DNA of 64,000 nucleotides, taken from Macrostomum lignano. Its lineage: Eukaryota. Position numbers and translations under genes: made by a program. Of this stretch, positions 61,035 through 64,000 are shown piece after piece (position 1 is the stretch's first letter; each line of letters opens with the position of its first letter). Under the pieces are notes generated by a model that saw nothing but the letters and a program-made list of their open reading frames with translations, made no database searches and had not been told where the DNA came from. The stretch spans positions 1-64,000 of the forward strand of contig NIVC01001958.1 of NCBI GenBank assembly GCA_002269645.1, written 5' to 3'.

Positions 61035-61565
61035 GGCTTTAGCACCAGAGGCTTTAGCACCAGGGGCACCAGCACCAGGGGCACCAGCACCAGGGGCACC
61101 AGCACCAGGGGCGCCAGCACCAGGGGCACCAGCACCAGGGGCACCAGCACCAGGGGCACCAGCACCAGGGGCGCCAGCACCAGGGGCACCAGCACCAGGG
61201 GCACCAGCACCAGGGGCACCAGCACTAGGGGCACCAGCAACAGGGGCACCAGCACTAGGGGCACCAGCACTAGGGGCACCAGCACTAGGGGCACCAGCAC
61301 TAGGGGCACCAGCACCAGGGGCACCAGCACCAGGGGCTTTAGCACAGGGGCTTTAGCACCAGGGGCTTTAGAACAGGGGCTTTAGAACAGGGGCTTTAGA
61401 ACAGGGGCACCAGCACCAGGGGCACCAGCACCAGGGGCTTTAGAACAGGGGCTTTAGAACAGGGGCACCAGCACTAGGGGCACCAGCACCAGGGGCTTTA
61501 GAACAGGGGCTTTAGAACAGGGGCTTTAGCATCAGGGGCTTTAGCACCAGGGGCTTTAGCACCTG
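61035..61565. repeat. 15-bp repeat (AGCACCAGGGGCACC / AGAACAGGGGCTTT)
   Basis: About 35 units. Confidence 0.95.
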
Positions 61566-61656
61566 ATCACAAACCGGTGGGTACGTGACAGCGTGAGCTA
61601 AGGGGTTGTCTGTTGCTGAGTATAGCGATTAGCCTCAGTGCAACCTAAACCCAAAA

Positions 61657-62017
61657 GGGGGGCCGTAGCCCAGCGGTAGCGCAGCTGCTCTGGTGTGCCA
61701 GCGACCCAGGCTCGATTCCAAGTGCAGCCACATTAATTTGGGGCTGAATTGGAATTTCGGCTTGGCTCGCTTGTGCAATTAACGGCCTTGAGAGCCAACC
61801 CCCAAGGCGCAGTGAAGTGTACATGCCTAACAATTGATAAAGTTAGGGCCGCTGTACACTCCTGTGTGAGTGTGTGCCTGCGTACGTATCCGCGCGCTTG
61901 TATGCCTGCTCAGGGGAGTCGGCGGAATGGGCAGTAATGCCTCTCGCCGGTTGTGTGCCTATGTCGCCTAAAGTGCGCCAGGGTGCACACAACCCCCCTG
62001 CCTCTAATAAAAAAAAA
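61657..62017 (+). mobile_element. tRNA-derived SINE, copy E (full length, about 360 bp)
   Basis: Head GGGGCCGTAGCCCAGCGGTAG (A box)..GGCTCGATTCC (B box), body, A tail, 13-bp TSD AACCTAAACCCAA (61642-61654, 62016-62028). Confidence 0.93.
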
Positions 62018-64000
62018 CCTAAACCCAATTGTGCTGCAGCAATAACTGATTTCTTCTTTCCATGCCTCTTCCCATAACTCGCAGCGACTAAACAAGGGTA
62101 AATCGCGCTATTAAACAAATATTTATCCCTGTGAAACAACTGTGAGTGACTGGACACTCAGTAAAACAAATAATAGTGCACTGATTTGCACACTTGTGCA
62201 CCGGGGTTCAACTGATAACTCGCTTTGCTTTTGTCAGTGTGAAGTGATAAATTACGTCCGATAAGTACTCGTAAGCAGGAGCCAATGCCACTCGCGGCCA
62301 TAGACAATAGCAATTGATCGGCTCATTATTAACTTCACTGACAAGAAGCAATGCTCTTATATTAATTAAACAATGCTGTCTTTTATAGAGCACTGAGAGG
62401 ACTTGTCTTGATCATTTTTTTAGTCTCAAAGCATTTCGATTCATCCGTGAGCTAGTTCGAATCCTACAATTATGAATTATCAGCAAGAATTTGAAATAGG
62501 AACCATGCAGACACTGTACTTACTGGCAAGCAATTTGAGCTACCTATATAAGTACAAGGAGATAAGGCAAAGTCACGGATACTAGAATTAGAATTACTGA
62601 ATTACTAGAATTAGTAGATGGGCCAATCAGCACATTTGCGTGTAAGCTACTTTCAGTTCAGTAGTAAGTTAAACAGAAGCATTAAATGTATTTTTAAAGC
62701 CAAGGCTCATTTATTGGCTTTTACCCGGCCCCAGCTTAAACCCTCCAACCGAGCCTTTCCACACTACCCCCGGCCCCGCCCAAATTTTTATTGCCTTTCT
62801 CTCGGACTTCCACCCTAAAGCTGCCATGTACATTCCAGTGGACTGGCTAATGTACATTATGGCTGAACCAATTAGCAAGTTGTTTACGCCTGCAAGCTGG
62901 GCTTCTAGACCGTTACAGCTGCCTTTGTTTTTATAAAATAGCTTATGTATTCTTCTTTGCTACTGAACTGAAAGTAGAAAGCCTTTTTACTAAGCATATG
63001 CCTGAGTGGCCCATCTAGTTATTTTAGTATCTGTGGGCAAAGTCCAGGTGCTAGACTCATTGCTCATTTCTCATCATCGATGTGCCTAATATTCTTATTT
63101 AAGCAAGTTATTCTCATGTGAATTCGTGTTTCTCTCAATTGCACGCACGCAGCTATGACCTACAAGTACACTTTACTGTTCTGAGTTGAGCACGATGTGA
63201 ACGCACGAAGCACATTTCGGACACAGCGGGCACAGATCGATTGAACTATCGATGCATAATAATTTTTTAGATACTCATAAGGTTGAGATACTGGACCACT
63301 GTAGTATAACTGGACGCAAAAATCAAAGATCGTGCAATTTTTGGAGGCTGCAGTTTCCTGGAAAAATCATTTTTTCAATCACAAAATCACTGCACTTGAT
63401 TTGGGGTAGTGCAGATTATTATACCATTCTTGTAATTTAGCATGCACAGAAAAAGGAACACATTAAAAATTTAAGTTACGCTCGTAATTTCCACTTGTGA
63501 GGATCTACAACTTTGGCTTATAAAATAAAAAAGCAATATGAAAATGAAACTTTCACTACGCAACTACTCGTGAAATACAAGAGTATCATGCTGCTGTACA
63601 TGCTGAATTAAAGAAATGGTAATCTTCACTGTCCTAGATCAAAAGCAATTATTTATTTTGTGACGAAAAGTTTTTTTGGATCTCCGCGGTGTATTTTTTC
63701 CTAAAAATTGGCCTTCAAAAATTAAGCGATATTGAAAATTTACGTCATTTTATACTAGACTCAAAATACTTTTCGACCGTGTCACCATGCAGTCACAAAT
63801 TTTTACCGTTTTTTCATCATCGTCATCTACTGTCTTGGGTGCAGCATTCTGCTGCAATCATATGCGCTCCCAGTGTAAACTTTCAAACATTCAATTTAAC
63901 CCCCTTTTGACAGAAATCCGTCCTGGCGAGTGCAAAGGTAAATTTATGCACTTCAGCAATCACTTAGATAAAGTCATTGGTAATTTACGGTGCTATAGAA

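Noticed and set aside
60941-61345. PLVLV repeat ORF and a possible MITE starting CAGGGGCATAGCC at 60982
   Set aside because: The ORF is a 15-bp repeat; no convincing matching right TIR or TSD was found
61657-61730. tRNA gene
   Set aside because: A and B boxes are present but there is no intact cloverleaf; it continues into the SINE body with a poly(A) tail and TSD

Overview
Eukaryotic (metazoan) genomic DNA. Coding exons are GC3-rich and almost every intron carries its own tandem minisatellite. This style resembles Macrostomum-type flatworm genomes, which is inference only. Positions 1-7 kb hold a nested transposon cluster: a gypsy integrase relic, an RNase H-bearing APE/RT LINE on the minus strand, a PHD/MULE transposase relic, and a foldback MITE with a 9-bp TSD. 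A hAT-type MITE follows at 9.2-10.1 kb. Three conserved plus-strand multi-exon genes were reconstructed with phase-compatible GT-AG junctions: a mei-P26/NHL-2 TRIM-NHL protein (5 exons, 902 aa), a TRAF4-like protein (5 exons, 492 aa; intron 4 is about 88% (GTTA)n) and a GPR158/smog-like Cache-7TM receptor (10 visible exons). Between mei-P26 and TRAF4 lie two minus-strand genes that the ORF track largely hides: a compact neuropeptide-precursor-like gene and a 6-exon orphan type I membrane protein. A tRNA-derived SINE family occurs in 5 young copies and 1 old copy, and there are about 30 tandem arrays. Most long ORFs in the supplied track are translations of repeats. No CRISPR, rRNA or genuine tRNA genes were seen.
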